Assembly (NCBI GenBank): GCA_902500995.1
Contig: CABVSR010000001.1
Span: forward strand, 73,416 to 137,415
Source: an uncultured Nitrospira sp.
Lineage (GTDB): Bacteria; Nitrospirota; Nitrospiria; Nitrospirales; Nitrospiraceae
DNA length: 64,000 nt
Direction of reading: 5' to 3'
This document shows positions 45,839 to 59,144 of the stretch, in pieces. The position numbers were made by a program, and so were the translations under genes. Below the pieces are notes generated by a model that made no database searches, had not been told where the DNA came from, and saw nothing but the letters and a program-made list of their open reading frames with translations. The first letter of the stretch is position 1, and each line of letters begins with the position of its first letter.

Positions 45839-46819
45839 ATGCTGAGCAGAGTGGCCAGTTCCATCTATTGGGTGAACCGCCATATCGAGCGGGCGGAAAA
45901 CTATGCGCGGTTCATTGAGGTCAATCTAAATCTCTCGCTCGATCTCCCTCGTGGTACGGTCGAGCAGTGGGAGCCGCTGGTCGCCACGACCGGCGATCAT
46001 GAGATCTTTGTCGCGCGCTACGGCAAAGCGACGAAGGAGACCGTGCTCCATTTCCTGGTGGCGGATGCCGAGAATCCGAATTCCATTCTGTCCTGCCTGT
46101 TAGGCGCGCGGGAAAATGCGCGCTCGGTCAAGGCAATCATCTCCAGTGAAATGTGGGAGCAGATCAACCGCTTCTACCTGTTGGTCCGGGATGCCGTCAC
46201 ACGCGGGATGTCGCACCATGACCTCCATGCGTTTTTGGCCGAGGTAAAATCCGCGAGTCATCTGCTGTGGGGCATCACGGATGCCACGATGTCCCATGGG
46301 GAGGGCTGGCACTTTGCGCGGCTCGGCCGCCTCCTCGAACGAGCGGACAAAACCTCTCGCATTCTCGATGTAAAATATTTCATCCTGTTGCCGACCGCTG
46401 ATGAAGTCGGCACGCCATTCGACATCATCCAGTGGTCGGACTTATTGAAATCCGCGAGCGCCTTGGAGATGTATTACAAACGGTATGGGCGCATCGCCCC
46501 GGATGACGTGGCCGCATTCCTCATCCTTGAACCCACGTTCCCTCGGGCGATCCGCTATTGCCTCATTAAAGCGGAAGACTCCCTGCACGCGATTAGCGGA
46601 TCTGAACGAGGCTCGTATCAAAACCTGGCCGAAAAACGATTGGGACGCCTGCGCGCCGAACTGGACTTCGTCGACATCGAAGACTGCGTCACGAGGGGAC
46701 TGCATGAATTTGTCGACCACTTTCAAGCACGGCTCAACCAAGTGGGCGAGGCTATTTTCGAGACGTTCTTTGCGCCTCGCCGGGTTCACCACACAAAGTC
46801 CATCACGGAGGGGCAATGA
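45839..46819 (+). CDS. Alpha-E domain protein (start 45839)
   Basis: MLSRVASSIYW.NR..ERAEN, ARENAR, WEQIN, GRLLERADKTSR and FPRAI. Confidence 0.93.
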   Translation: MLSRVASSIYWVNRHIERAENYARFIEVNLNLSLDLPRGTVEQWEPLVATTGDHEIFVARYGKATKETVLHFLVADAENPNSILSCLLGARENARSVKAIISSEMWEQINRFYLLVRDAVTRGMSHHDLHAFLAEVKSASHLLWGITDATMSHGEGWHFARLGRLLERADKTSRILDVKYFILLPTADEVGTPFDIIQWSDLLKSASALEMYYKRYGRIAPDDVAAFLILEPTFPRAIRYCLIKAEDSLHAISGSERGSYQNLAEKRLGRLRAELDFVDIEDCVTRGLHEFVDHFQARLNQVGEAIFETFFAPRRVHHTKSITEGQ

Positions 46820-47586
46820 CGTTTTGCTTGGGGATGAAGGTAGCGGACGGATTGGTCGGGATCGCCGACACCCGGGTGACGACAGGGGCGGAATGCATCA
46901 CCGCGGGAAAGGTGTCCATCCATCAACATGGCCGCCATTCGATGTTTCTCATGACGTCGGGGTTACGATCGGTTCGAGACAAAGCCGTCACCTATTTCGA
47001 TGAAGCCATCGGCGAAAGCGACCAAACGTTCGACAAACTGTTCAAAGCCGTGAATGTGTTTGCCGCACAGATCCGCCGCGTAGCCGAAGAAGATAAAGAC
47101 GCGTTGCAGAGCGCCGGACTGACGTTCAATCTCCACGCCCTCGTGGGCGGGCAACTGGAAAACGACCTCGCACATAAACTCTACTTGATCTACCCCCAGG
47201 GCAATTGGGTTGAAGTCAGTGAAGGCACCCCCTACTGTATCATCGGCGAATCCGGCTACGGGAAGCCGCTCCTCGATCGGGTGCTTCGGTATGACTCCAG
47301 CCTGGATGTCGCGCTGAAGGTCGGGTTCCTCGCATTTGATGCCACCCGCACAAGCTCCACCAGCGTCGAATATCCGCTCGATGTCGTGCTGTACCGGCAC
47401 GACACTTTCGACATTCTCGAACACCGCTTTCGCAAGGATGATCTTGCCGAAATTTCTTCCTGGTGGCAGTCGCGCATTACTGAATCAGTGGAGAAGCTCC
47501 CCGCCGCATGGGTCGATCGCTTGTTGGAGTCGCTGCCGAAAACTAGCCGCTCATCGCCTCACAACCCCGGTCATTCAACATCGTAA
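46816..47586 (+). CDS. Anbu proteasome-type peptidase (Ntn hydrolase)
   Basis: MT start giving an N-terminal Thr nucleophile; ADTR, GGQ, LYLIYPQGN, IGESGYGKP and S.EYPLD. Confidence 0.9.
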   Translation: MTFCLGMKVADGLVGIADTRVTTGAECITAGKVSIHQHGRHSMFLMTSGLRSVRDKAVTYFDEAIGESDQTFDKLFKAVNVFAAQIRRVAEEDKDALQSAGLTFNLHALVGGQLENDLAHKLYLIYPQGNWVEVSEGTPYCIIGESGYGKPLLDRVLRYDSSLDVALKVGFLAFDATRTSSTSVEYPLDVVLYRHDTFDILEHRFRKDDLAEISSWWQSRITESVEKLPAAWVDRLLESLPKTSRSSPHNPGHSTS

Positions 47587-48144
47587 GGGTGGCACAGGGA
47601 CCTGCACTAGCGCGGCCGCTAACAGACAATCTGCCCCAATTCCACGTCGCGCTCAACCGCGTCGGCAATCAGGTTCAAGGAAGAGCGCGTGCTTCACATC
47701 ACGACCTGCTATTACAGCATTCGCGACAGGGTGCCCGGCGATGAAATGGATGGATTTTCCTTCGTGATCACCGATTGCGTCGAGCCCGCGCCAGAAGATG
47801 ATTAGACAGCGCCTGCATCGAAGCGTAAGATGATGAGTACCGTATGACCTGGTGGGCACGCTGGTTCGTACAGGCAAGGGGACTGGGGCAATGCCTTCGC
47901 TACCTTCCCACGCCTTGTTCTTCCTCCAGCCTGGCAACTATCCCTCAGGCTGCCTGATCGATCAGTGCAGTCGCGACGCGCTTTTTCCCTGCACCCGGGT
48001 GGATGCTTCTACCGCTCTGCTTTCCGGCTACACTCCTCTCCCCGCCCTCAATTGCCGAACCATCGAAATCCTCGAGGCAACTCACCTGCCCGCGAGTGCA
48101 GTCGATGACGCCGACCCACCCGCGGGCGCAACCAGGAGGTTTCT

Positions 48145-48741
48145 ATGACATCCTCCAACAAATCCATGTGGGGAACTATCCTGCTGTCATTCGCGATTGC
48201 CGGTGCGACGCTGATCTCGCCCGCGCCTGCCCTTCCCGAGAGCAGTCCGATCAGCCTCCCGATCGAGACGGTGGCCAATTACCTCCACGCCATCATCGAA
48301 GCTGACCGGGACGTGTATACGAGGCATGTGGTGGAACGGTTGCAGATGAAAGGGGTGGTTGTCGCCTCGGAAAACTGGGAGCAGAAGAATACGCTGCCCC
48401 TACCGGCCCAGTTCCTGATGGAGTCTGGACGGTACATCGCCAAGAAAGGCCTAGGTGTGCAGTACCGGCTCATCAGCCTGTGGCCGATCAATAAGCGCAA
48501 CACCGCCACGAACGAACTGGAGAAGACGGGGCTCGGAACCATCCTGACGCAACCGACTCGTCCCTACACCGGCTTCATGAAGGTTGGCGAGACGCGTTAT
48601 TTCCAAGCCGTGTATGCAGATCTCGCAACCACCCAGGCTTGTATCGGCTGCCACAATGCGCATCCAGATAGTCCAAAGCGTGATTTCAAGGTCAATGATG
48701 TCATGGGTGCGATTGTGATCACTATACCAGTCGGGCAGTAG
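48145..48741 (+). CDS. DUF3365 (Tll0287-like) secreted c-type heme protein B
   Basis: Signal peptide; LPLPAQF, SLWPIN and heme motif CIGCH; paralog of 43665..44252. Confidence 0.85.
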   Translation: MTSSNKSMWGTILLSFAIAGATLISPAPALPESSPISLPIETVANYLHAIIEADRDVYTRHVVERLQMKGVVVASENWEQKNTLPLPAQFLMESGRYIAKKGLGVQYRLISLWPINKRNTATNELEKTGLGTILTQPTRPYTGFMKVGETRYFQAVYADLATTQACIGCHNAHPDSPKRDFKVNDVMGAIVITIPVGQ

Positions 48742-49018
48742 CCCTAGGCAAGATCATGCCCGGCCGATGAACATGCTGTGGAACGCCGGCGGGTTAGGAC
48801 TGTGTCCCGCCGGCGAGGAGCGATGCTTCCTGTGCCGCAATGGCCATACGTAGTAGTGCCTGCCGACATCCTCAACGCTCGTTGAGCGAAGCGTGTTCCC
48901 CTTCGACTGGTTGTATTGCCATCCCCCTCACACGCAATGGCAGAAGCGATTCCGGCAGGAGGCGATCACGATCTCGGGCTTCACAGAGCTGGGGCGCCGA
49001 ACGAGTAATTGCCTGGAA

Positions 49019-49903
49019 TTAAGGCTTTGGCACGGAAGGGGCGGACTCGCGTTTCAACCGTTCGATCTCCAAATCCTTCTCGACGAGTTGCTGCTTCATC
49101 CGTTCGATTTGCGCCTGAAGTCGATTCACAATGGACGATTGGTCGAGTCTATCGGGTTCAGATGCCCGCCCGTGAGAAGCGTTGGGGTCTGTCGATAGCG
49201 GCTGTCCTGATGCCGGCGTCACCCGAAGAGGCGCAGCAGTCGAAGCCGAGCGTCTGACGTATGAAAGAAAGGCTTCATGGTCGAGGACTAATTCACTCGC
49301 AGAAGCCCGATGTCCACCGGACCAGTTGGCTTTGCTGCCAAGTCCAAACCGTCGCGGTTCAAACGCCAGGCCCCCTCCACTGCCTTTGATGGAATAGAAC
49401 GGATTGTTTCGCACGCCTGCGAGATCCACCGAGTTTCCTGCGACGAGCGTCCGGTGATTGGCCACCACCACATGCATTCGATGCGATTCGACGAACAGGC
49501 CGCCCGAAGTCACTTCTGTTTCCGCCCCGTGGGGCTGCAAGAGCACAAACGCAATCCACTCCGCGCGTGTTGCCTTCTCGAAGGCTTGCCGGATGGCTGG
49601 ATGCAGGAGATCAATTTCCTCCGCCGAGAATAACGGCTGCGACGGCTTCACGTTATCCATCAGCCCGACGCGCTCTTCAAGAAAGAGCCCGGCCATTACG
49701 GCGGCCAGATCTTCGTCTTTCCAAGAAACCGGATGATCATAGCGAGCGGAGGGACGGTCTTCAGTCTCGAACGAATCGAGCCGGACAAACCAGGCTGGTT
49801 CCTGCACTACTACACGACTGGTGAGTACAGGCGCTGAACAACCGGAGAACACACAAAGCAGTACGAAGTGGAGCAGATAATGTTTCGCTACGGTGGGGAA
49901 CAC
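49019..49903 (-). CDS. Putative lipoprotein with coiled-coil C-terminus
   Basis: Lipobox-like VFSG-C at residue 22; C-terminal heptad repeats. Confidence 0.75.
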   Translation of the reverse strand: MFPTVAKHYLLHFVLLCVFSGCSAPVLTSRVVVQEPAWFVRLDSFETEDRPSARYDHPVSWKDEDLAAVMAGLFLEERVGLMDNVKPSQPLFSAEEIDLLHPAIRQAFEKATRAEWIAFVLLQPHGAETEVTSGGLFVESHRMHVVVANHRTLVAGNSVDLAGVRNNPFYSIKGSGGGLAFEPRRFGLGSKANWSGGHRASASELVLDHEAFLSYVRRSASTAAPLRVTPASGQPLSTDPNASHGRASEPDRLDQSSIVNRLQAQIERMKQQLVEKDLEIERLKRESAPSVPKP

Positions 49904-49972
49904 CTGAATACCCAGACAGGCTGGATCAGCAAGGTGACAAATATTGGATTGCGTGAACGATTCGGAGAGTGC

Positions 49973-50395
49973 CTAGGCGTGCCCCGTCTTTCTGGCACGA
50001 TCGGCAATCTTTTTGCGGAGACGCGCCTTCTCGAGGCTGATTTCCGCTTCTCGCACTTCTGAAGGCAGGCCGCCGGCTTGGAGCCGTTGCTCGGCGTTTT
50101 CCACTGCCTGTTGCGCACGGCCGACATCGATATCCTCGGCCTTCTCGGCAATCTCGGCCATGACCGTGACCTTGGCCGGCGTCACTTCCGCATAGCCCCA
50201 CAGGATGGACATGTAGTGCCACACCTCGTGGGACTTATACCGAAGCTCCCCAATACGGAGACTTGAGAGGAGATGGCAATGACCCGGCAAGACACCAAAC
50301 TCCCCCTCACTCCCCGGAGCGATGACCTCATCGACCTCCTGGCTCAGGAGCAGCTTTTCCGGCGTCACGACTTCTAAAAGAATCTTCCCAGCCAT
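49973..50395 (-). CDS. atpC: ATP synthase F1 epsilon
   Basis: LEVVTPE, GEFGVLPGH and AEDIDV.RA. Confidence 0.96.
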   Translation of the reverse strand: MAGKILLEVVTPEKLLLSQEVDEVIAPGSEGEFGVLPGHCHLLSSLRIGELRYKSHEVWHYMSILWGYAEVTPAKVTVMAEIAEKAEDIDVGRAQQAVENAEQRLQAGGLPSEVREAEISLEKARLRKKIADRARKTGHA

Positions 50396-50422
50396 TGTCC
50401 TTTTCCTACTCTCACGAAAGGG

Positions 50423-52904
<2,482 letters not shown>

Positions 52905-52995
52905 AGTGTCCGGAAGTAGATCGATGGAATCGGATGAAGCAGTGAGTGTCAGCTCTAACGAGCCCGCGCATCACTGATCATGCAATCACGAAATC

Positions 52996-54513
<1,518 letters not shown>

Positions 54514-54515
54514 GG

Positions 54516-55055
54516 CTACTCCTTGGTCAACACGCGCTGCATGGCGCTCAGTCGGCCCCGGACCGTGCTGTCTACGACGGTACTACCCAGGCGGATGTGG
54601 AGGCCGGCGACATGTTCAGGTTCTGTATGGAAAGTGACGTCGACATCGCGCTTCAGAAGATCGCGCAATCGGGTGGTGATCCGGTTCTGCTCGGTGGCAG
54701 GCAGCGCCATGGCGGAAGACACCAGCACTTGCTGCGTCCCCTTCGATTCATCCACCAACTTGGCGAACGCTTCGGCGATGTCGGGGAGGAAATTGACGCG
54801 ATTCTTTTTTACCAATTGATCGAGGAACCGCTGAACGACCGGAGGGCATCCCAGTTTGGTGGCCACTTCGAGCAGGACGTTGAGCTTGGTGGCTTCGGGG
54901 AACATCGGCGAGGCAACGGCATGCCGCAAAGCGGCCGACTGCGTAAAGGCCTCACCCAGTCCATTGAGAGCGAGGCGGGCAGGCTCGATGCTCGACGTAT
55001 CAAGAAGTTCAAACAGAGCTTTTGCGTATCGACGTGCGACGGCTGTCTTAATCAC
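54516..55055 (-). CDS. atpH: ATP synthase delta
   Basis: [10 protein letters not shown] and [13 protein letters not shown]. Confidence 0.95.
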   Translation of the reverse strand: MIKTAVARRYAKALFELLDTSSIEPARLALNGLGEAFTQSAALRHAVASPMFPEATKLNVLLEVATKLGCPPVVQRFLDQLVKKNRVNFLPDIAEAFAKLVDESKGTQQVLVSSAMALPATEQNRITTRLRDLLKRDVDVTFHTEPEHVAGLHIRLGSTVVDSTVRGRLSAMQRVLTKE

Positions 55056-55133
55056 AATGACTATCCGGTACAGTGAACCGTGTTTTGATCAAACGGGAAG
55101 CTCGCGTGCGGTGGGCACGACAAAAAGCGCGCC

Positions 55134-55163
55134 AAGGTAGCATTCAAACGCGGCCACTGTCAA
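55134..55163 (-). promoter_or_regulatory. Putative promoter of atpHAGDC
   Basis: TTGACA-N18-TACCTT. Confidence 0.6.
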
Positions 55164-55220
55164 GGAGGATACCTTTCGGGAGACAGGAGTAACCACTCTT
55201 CGTCGTCAGACCGCCGGCAT

Positions 55221-56303
55221 CTACCCGCGTTGAATGATGCCGCCGCCGAGTACACGGTCCCCGCGATAAAACACTGCGGACTGCCCGGGACTCAGTGCCC
55301 GTTGCGGCTGATGAAAGTGAATCTGCAGCCCGCCGTTGCCTGACGGCAGCAGCGTCGCCGGTGCCGGAGGGGTGGCATACCGGATTTTTACCTCCACGTC
55401 GATCGGCGTATGACCGATGCTCGCATCGAAGAGACGGAGATCGGCCACGGTGCACCCGGACTCTACGAGCTGCTCCTCCGCGCATAACACGACTTCGCCC
55501 GATTCAGGAACGACCTTCTGCACGTATAACCTCTGACCGGCGGCAATGCCCAACCCGCGTCTCTGCCCCGGCGTATAAAACGCGATTCCCTCGTGCCGTC
55601 CCAACACTTCACCGTCCACGCCGACGAAGGATCCCGGCTGTTTGAGCTCCGGCCGCTCCTGCTCGAGGAAGGTGCGATAGTCGCCCTGGCTCACAAAACA
55701 AATCTCCTGGCTTTCCTTGAGTTCCTCGACCGGCAGTCCGAGAGATTCCGCTTCTTTCCATACCTCGCTTTTGTGCATCGCGCCGACCGGGAACAACAGT
55801 TGAGGCAACCAATCCGCTTGGATGCGGTAGAGAAAATAGCTTTGGTCTTTGCGCGAATCGAGAGCCCGGTGCAGGGACCAGCCGTCGCCGCATTGCTGCA
55901 CGCGCGCATAATGTCCCGTCGCCACATAGTCCATGCCCCGCTCGCGCGCCAAGGCGTAGAGCGATCGTAACTTCACCCGTTCATTGCATCGGACACAGGG
56001 ATTCGGCGTGGTGCCGGAGGCGTATCCATCCACAAAGTCATTGATGACGCCCTGCTCGAAGACTTCTCGGCGATCAACCACCTCGTGGGGAATACCTAGG
56101 CGCTGCGCGACAAATTTTGCAATCCCGACCTTGCAGCAGCCGCGCTCTTCCCAGCGCTTGGAAACGGCGACGTCCGCGTCTTCGTGTTCCCAGACTTGGA
56201 GCGTGACCCCGTGGACATCATATCCCTGGCGCACGAGCAACGACGCGGCGACGGAGCTGTCCACTCCGCCGCTCATACCCAGCAGAACGGTTTGACGTGC
56301 CAT
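55221..56303 (-). CDS. mnmA: tRNA 2-thiouridylase
   Basis: GMSGGVDSS, PNPCVRCN, ATGHY, KDQSYFL and ESQEICF. Confidence 0.97.
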   Translation of the reverse strand: MARQTVLLGMSGGVDSSVAASLLVRQGYDVHGVTLQVWEHEDADVAVSKRWEERGCCKVGIAKFVAQRLGIPHEVVDRREVFEQGVINDFVDGYASGTTPNPCVRCNERVKLRSLYALARERGMDYVATGHYARVQQCGDGWSLHRALDSRKDQSYFLYRIQADWLPQLLFPVGAMHKSEVWKEAESLGLPVEELKESQEICFVSQGDYRTFLEQERPELKQPGSFVGVDGEVLGRHEGIAFYTPGQRRGLGIAAGQRLYVQKVVPESGEVVLCAEEQLVESGCTVADLRLFDASIGHTPIDVEVKIRYATPPAPATLLPSGNGGLQIHFHQPQRALSPGQSAVFYRGDRVLGGGIIQRG

Positions 56304-56335
56304 ATCTGATACCGGAAAAGTATTGAGCCGCGCGG

Positions 56336-56791
56336 CTACGGCTCTTGGGTTTTCACTTTGCCGCGATGGGCCACGAGGTCGCGCACGCCCGGATCCTGCG
56401 GAGAACCGAACTCAGACGTATCGTCCTCGGTCCACTTTTCGGCGCCCATATTGCTCATGCCATGAAAATGCGCGCCTTCCTCGATCACGATGACGGGGCT
56501 TTGAATGTCCCCGATAAGGATCCCGGGCTTCTGGATTTCAACCTTCTGCTGAGCCGTAATCGATCCCTTCACGCGCCCGCTGATCTCAACGGACCCCGCG
56601 GCGATAATGCCTTTGATCACCGCGCTCTCCCCGACTATCACTGCGCCTCCCGTATGCACCTCCCCCTCGACGCGGCCATCGATACGGACGGTCCCGTCAA
56701 AGGTGACGATACCTTTAAAGCTGGTCCCCTTCCCGAGAAAGGTAAACTTGTCGGATTCCGCGACGGATTGTTTTTTGGTCTCACCCCACAT
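56336..56791 (-). CDS. Bactofilin (polymer-forming cytoskeletal protein) B
   Basis: GGAGG SD plus MWGETKK; FLGKGTSFKG...DG.V.G beta-helix; IEEGAHFHG. Confidence 0.9.
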   Translation of the reverse strand: MWGETKKQSVAESDKFTFLGKGTSFKGIVTFDGTVRIDGRVEGEVHTGGAVIVGESAVIKGIIAAGSVEISGRVKGSITAQQKVEIQKPGILIGDIQSPVIVIEEGAHFHGMSNMGAEKWTEDDTSEFGSPQDPGVRDLVAHRGKVKTQEP

Positions 56792-56916
56792 CGGCGTCCT
56801 CCCTGACACACCCCACGACAGTCATCGGTCGTGGCGACTGAAGATGGAACTCTATTGGCGCCCCTGTCCAGCCATCATAGCCGGCGGCATGCTCGACGAA
56901 TTCGTGATCAAGCGGC

Positions 56917-57393
56917 CTAGCTATTGACGAGCTTGACGCCCTGGCCGCGCGACGTGCCTTGCGGCTCGCGGGTTCCTGTCTGGCTCATCTCCAACGTGCC
57001 GTTGAACACTACCCCTTCTTCCATCGCGAGCAAGGGCGCCTTGACGCCCGCGTTGACAACCGCCGGCGCGCGCAACTTCACCTTTTCGCGCGCGCTGATA
57101 TCGCCGGTAATCTTCCCTTTGCACACGACGGTGCCGGCAGTGATCTTCGCGGTGAGGACCGCGTCTTCACCGACCAGGAGAACCCCTTCGGTATGAATCT
57201 CGCCGTCCAAATTGCCGTCGATACGCACGGTGCCGTTGTAGGTAATGACGCCTTTGAAACTCACACCCTTCCCGACAAACGCGTTGATTTCTTCATTGCC
57301 TTCACGGGGCGCTGTCGCTTCCAAGTTTTCCATCTCGTTTCCCTCACTTTGTCCTGCCTGGCGCTTTCCTTCTGGCTTGTCCTTGATCCACAT
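56917..57393 (-). CDS. Bactofilin A
   Basis: GGAGG SD plus MWIKDK; FVGKGVSFKG...IDGNLDG; MEEGVVFNG. Confidence 0.9.
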   Translation of the reverse strand: MWIKDKPEGKRQAGQSEGNEMENLEATAPREGNEEINAFVGKGVSFKGVITYNGTVRIDGNLDGEIHTEGVLLVGEDAVLTAKITAGTVVCKGKITGDISAREKVKLRAPAVVNAGVKAPLLAMEEGVVFNGTLEMSQTGTREPQGTSRGQGVKLVNS

Positions 57394-57532
57394 TGGTCAT
57401 ACCTCCAAACAAATACCGCCCTACGCTCAGCGACCTGACGGGAGCTCGCCCGTCCAGGTCCATGACTGAGATAAATTCCGTCGGCATTGTACTCCGGTCA
57501 CTCCGCAAAAATCTGCCCTGAAAATACTAGCG

Positions 57533-58384
57533 CTATCCGTTCAGTAACCGCTCGACCACCCCGTCTAGTTCTTCCGGCGAGAAATAGTGAATGACGATCT
57601 TCCCTCCACGGCGGCCCTTCTGCACATCTACCCTGGTACCGAGGCGTTTCTGCAGCCGCTCCTCAAGGTCTGAACGCAGCGGCGCTCGCACCGGCCGCTT
57701 CCCCCTCTTCTTGGCCTCTGCATGGCTCTGAACCAATTCCTCCGCTTCTCGCACCGACAATTGACCGCTCACGATTTGCGTCGCCGCACTGACTTGCGCA
57801 GCCGGCGTCATCAGGCCGAGAATCACCTTTGCGTGTCCCGTGGATAATTGATCCGTTTCAATCATGTGCTGGACTTCGGCAGGCAGTGAGGTCAAGCGCA
57901 ACATATTGGCCACCGACGAACGGTCGCAGGCCACCTTTTGCGCGATCGCCTCTTGCGTGAGGCCGAACTCGTTGAGCATGCGTTGATAGGCTCGAGCGGT
58001 CTCCATAGGGTTCAGATCATCCCGCTGAAGGTTCTCGACCAGCGCCAGGACCATCGACTCCTGATCCGAGACGTTTCGGATAAGAGCTGGAATCTTCTGC
58101 ATTCCCGCTAACTTAGCAGCGCGCAAGCGCCTCTCACCGGCGATCAACTCGTACATTCCATCGCCCTTGCGACGAACGAGAATCGGTTGAAGCAGGCCAT
58201 TTTGCTTAAGCGAAGCGGTGAGTTCGGCGAGCTCGACTTCGGAGAACTGCTGCCGGGGTTGAAAACGGTTAGGGACAACAGCCTCGAGGCGCAACTCTTG
58301 GACATCTCCACGCTCGGGGTCGGCCGTGCTCCGGCCAGTGGGCAACAACGCGTCGAGACCTCTACCGAGGGCTTTTTTCTCCAT
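57533..58384 (-). CDS. parB: Chromosome partitioning protein ParB/Spo0J (start 58384)
   Basis: ALGRGLDALL, PNRFQPR, IAGERRLRA and ENLQRDDLNP. Confidence 0.97.
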   Translation of the reverse strand: MEKKALGRGLDALLPTGRSTADPERGDVQELRLEAVVPNRFQPRQQFSEVELAELTASLKQNGLLQPILVRRKGDGMYELIAGERRLRAAKLAGMQKIPALIRNVSDQESMVLALVENLQRDDLNPMETARAYQRMLNEFGLTQEAIAQKVACDRSSVANMLRLTSLPAEVQHMIETDQLSTGHAKVILGLMTPAAQVSAATQIVSGQLSVREAEELVQSHAEAKKRGKRPVRAPLRSDLEERLQKRLGTRVDVQKGRRGGKIVIHYFSPEELDGVVERLLNG

Positions 58385-59138
58385 GGACCACAAACTCCTT
58401 CGCTAGGGACAGATAGGCCTGGGCACCCGATGATGCCATGTTGTAGAGTAACGCCGGGCGACCGTAACTCGGAGCCTCGGCGAGGGTTACGTTGCGCGGG
58501 ATCATGGTTTGGTAGACGGTGTCGCCGAAATGACCCCGAATCTGCTCGACGACTTGTCGCGCCAGCGAATTACGGGCGTCATACATCGTCAATACGATGC
58601 CCTCAATTTCCAAATTGGGATTCAATGACTGCTTCAGGCGCTCGATGCTTTCCATCAGCCGCCCAAGCCCTTCCATCGCGTAATATTCACATTGCACCGG
58701 TATCAGGACAGAATGCGCGGCGACCATGGCATTGATGGTAAGAAGCCCGAGGGCAGGGGGGCAATCCAGCAGAATCGTGTCGTAGCGGTCGGCCACTTCG
58801 CCTAACGCTTCCTTGAGACGCTGCTCCCGGTCATCCATATTCACGAGTTCAACCTCAGCGCCTGCCAAGTGCGAATTAGCCGGGACCAATGATAGGCCAT
58901 TGACAGCAGTCGGCATCGTGAGAGAGGCCAGACTTTCTTTCACGATCATGGCGTTGTAAATCGTTTTTCCAAGCGACATGGCATCGACACCCAGCCCACT
59001 CGTGGCGTTCCCCTGAGGATCAATATCCACGAGCAACACTGAGCCACCTTCAATGGCCAGCGCTGCGGCCAAGTTCACTGAAGTGGTGGTTTTGCCGACT
59101 CCGCCCTTTTGGTTTGCGACAGCAATAATTCGCGCCAT
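58362..59138 (-). CDS. parA: Chromosome partitioning ATPase ParA/Soj
   Basis: NQKGGVGKTT, DIDPQGNA, DCPP, PVQCEY and IPRNVTLAEAPSYG. Confidence 0.97.
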   Translation of the reverse strand: MARIIAVANQKGGVGKTTTSVNLAAALAIEGGSVLLVDIDPQGNATSGLGVDAMSLGKTIYNAMIVKESLASLTMPTAVNGLSLVPANSHLAGAEVELVNMDDREQRLKEALGEVADRYDTILLDCPPALGLLTINAMVAAHSVLIPVQCEYYAMEGLGRLMESIERLKQSLNPNLEIEGIVLTMYDARNSLARQVVEQIRGHFGDTVYQTMIPRNVTLAEAPSYGRPALLYNMASSGAQAYLSLAKEFVVHGEKSPR

Positions 59139-59144
59139 GTGTCT

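Noticed and set aside
48742-49018. Possible precursor-peptide ORFs near the ATP-grasp cassette
   Set aside because: Only short ORFs without convincing starts or a RiPP-like core; cpATP-grasp/alpha-E systems have no established precursor peptide
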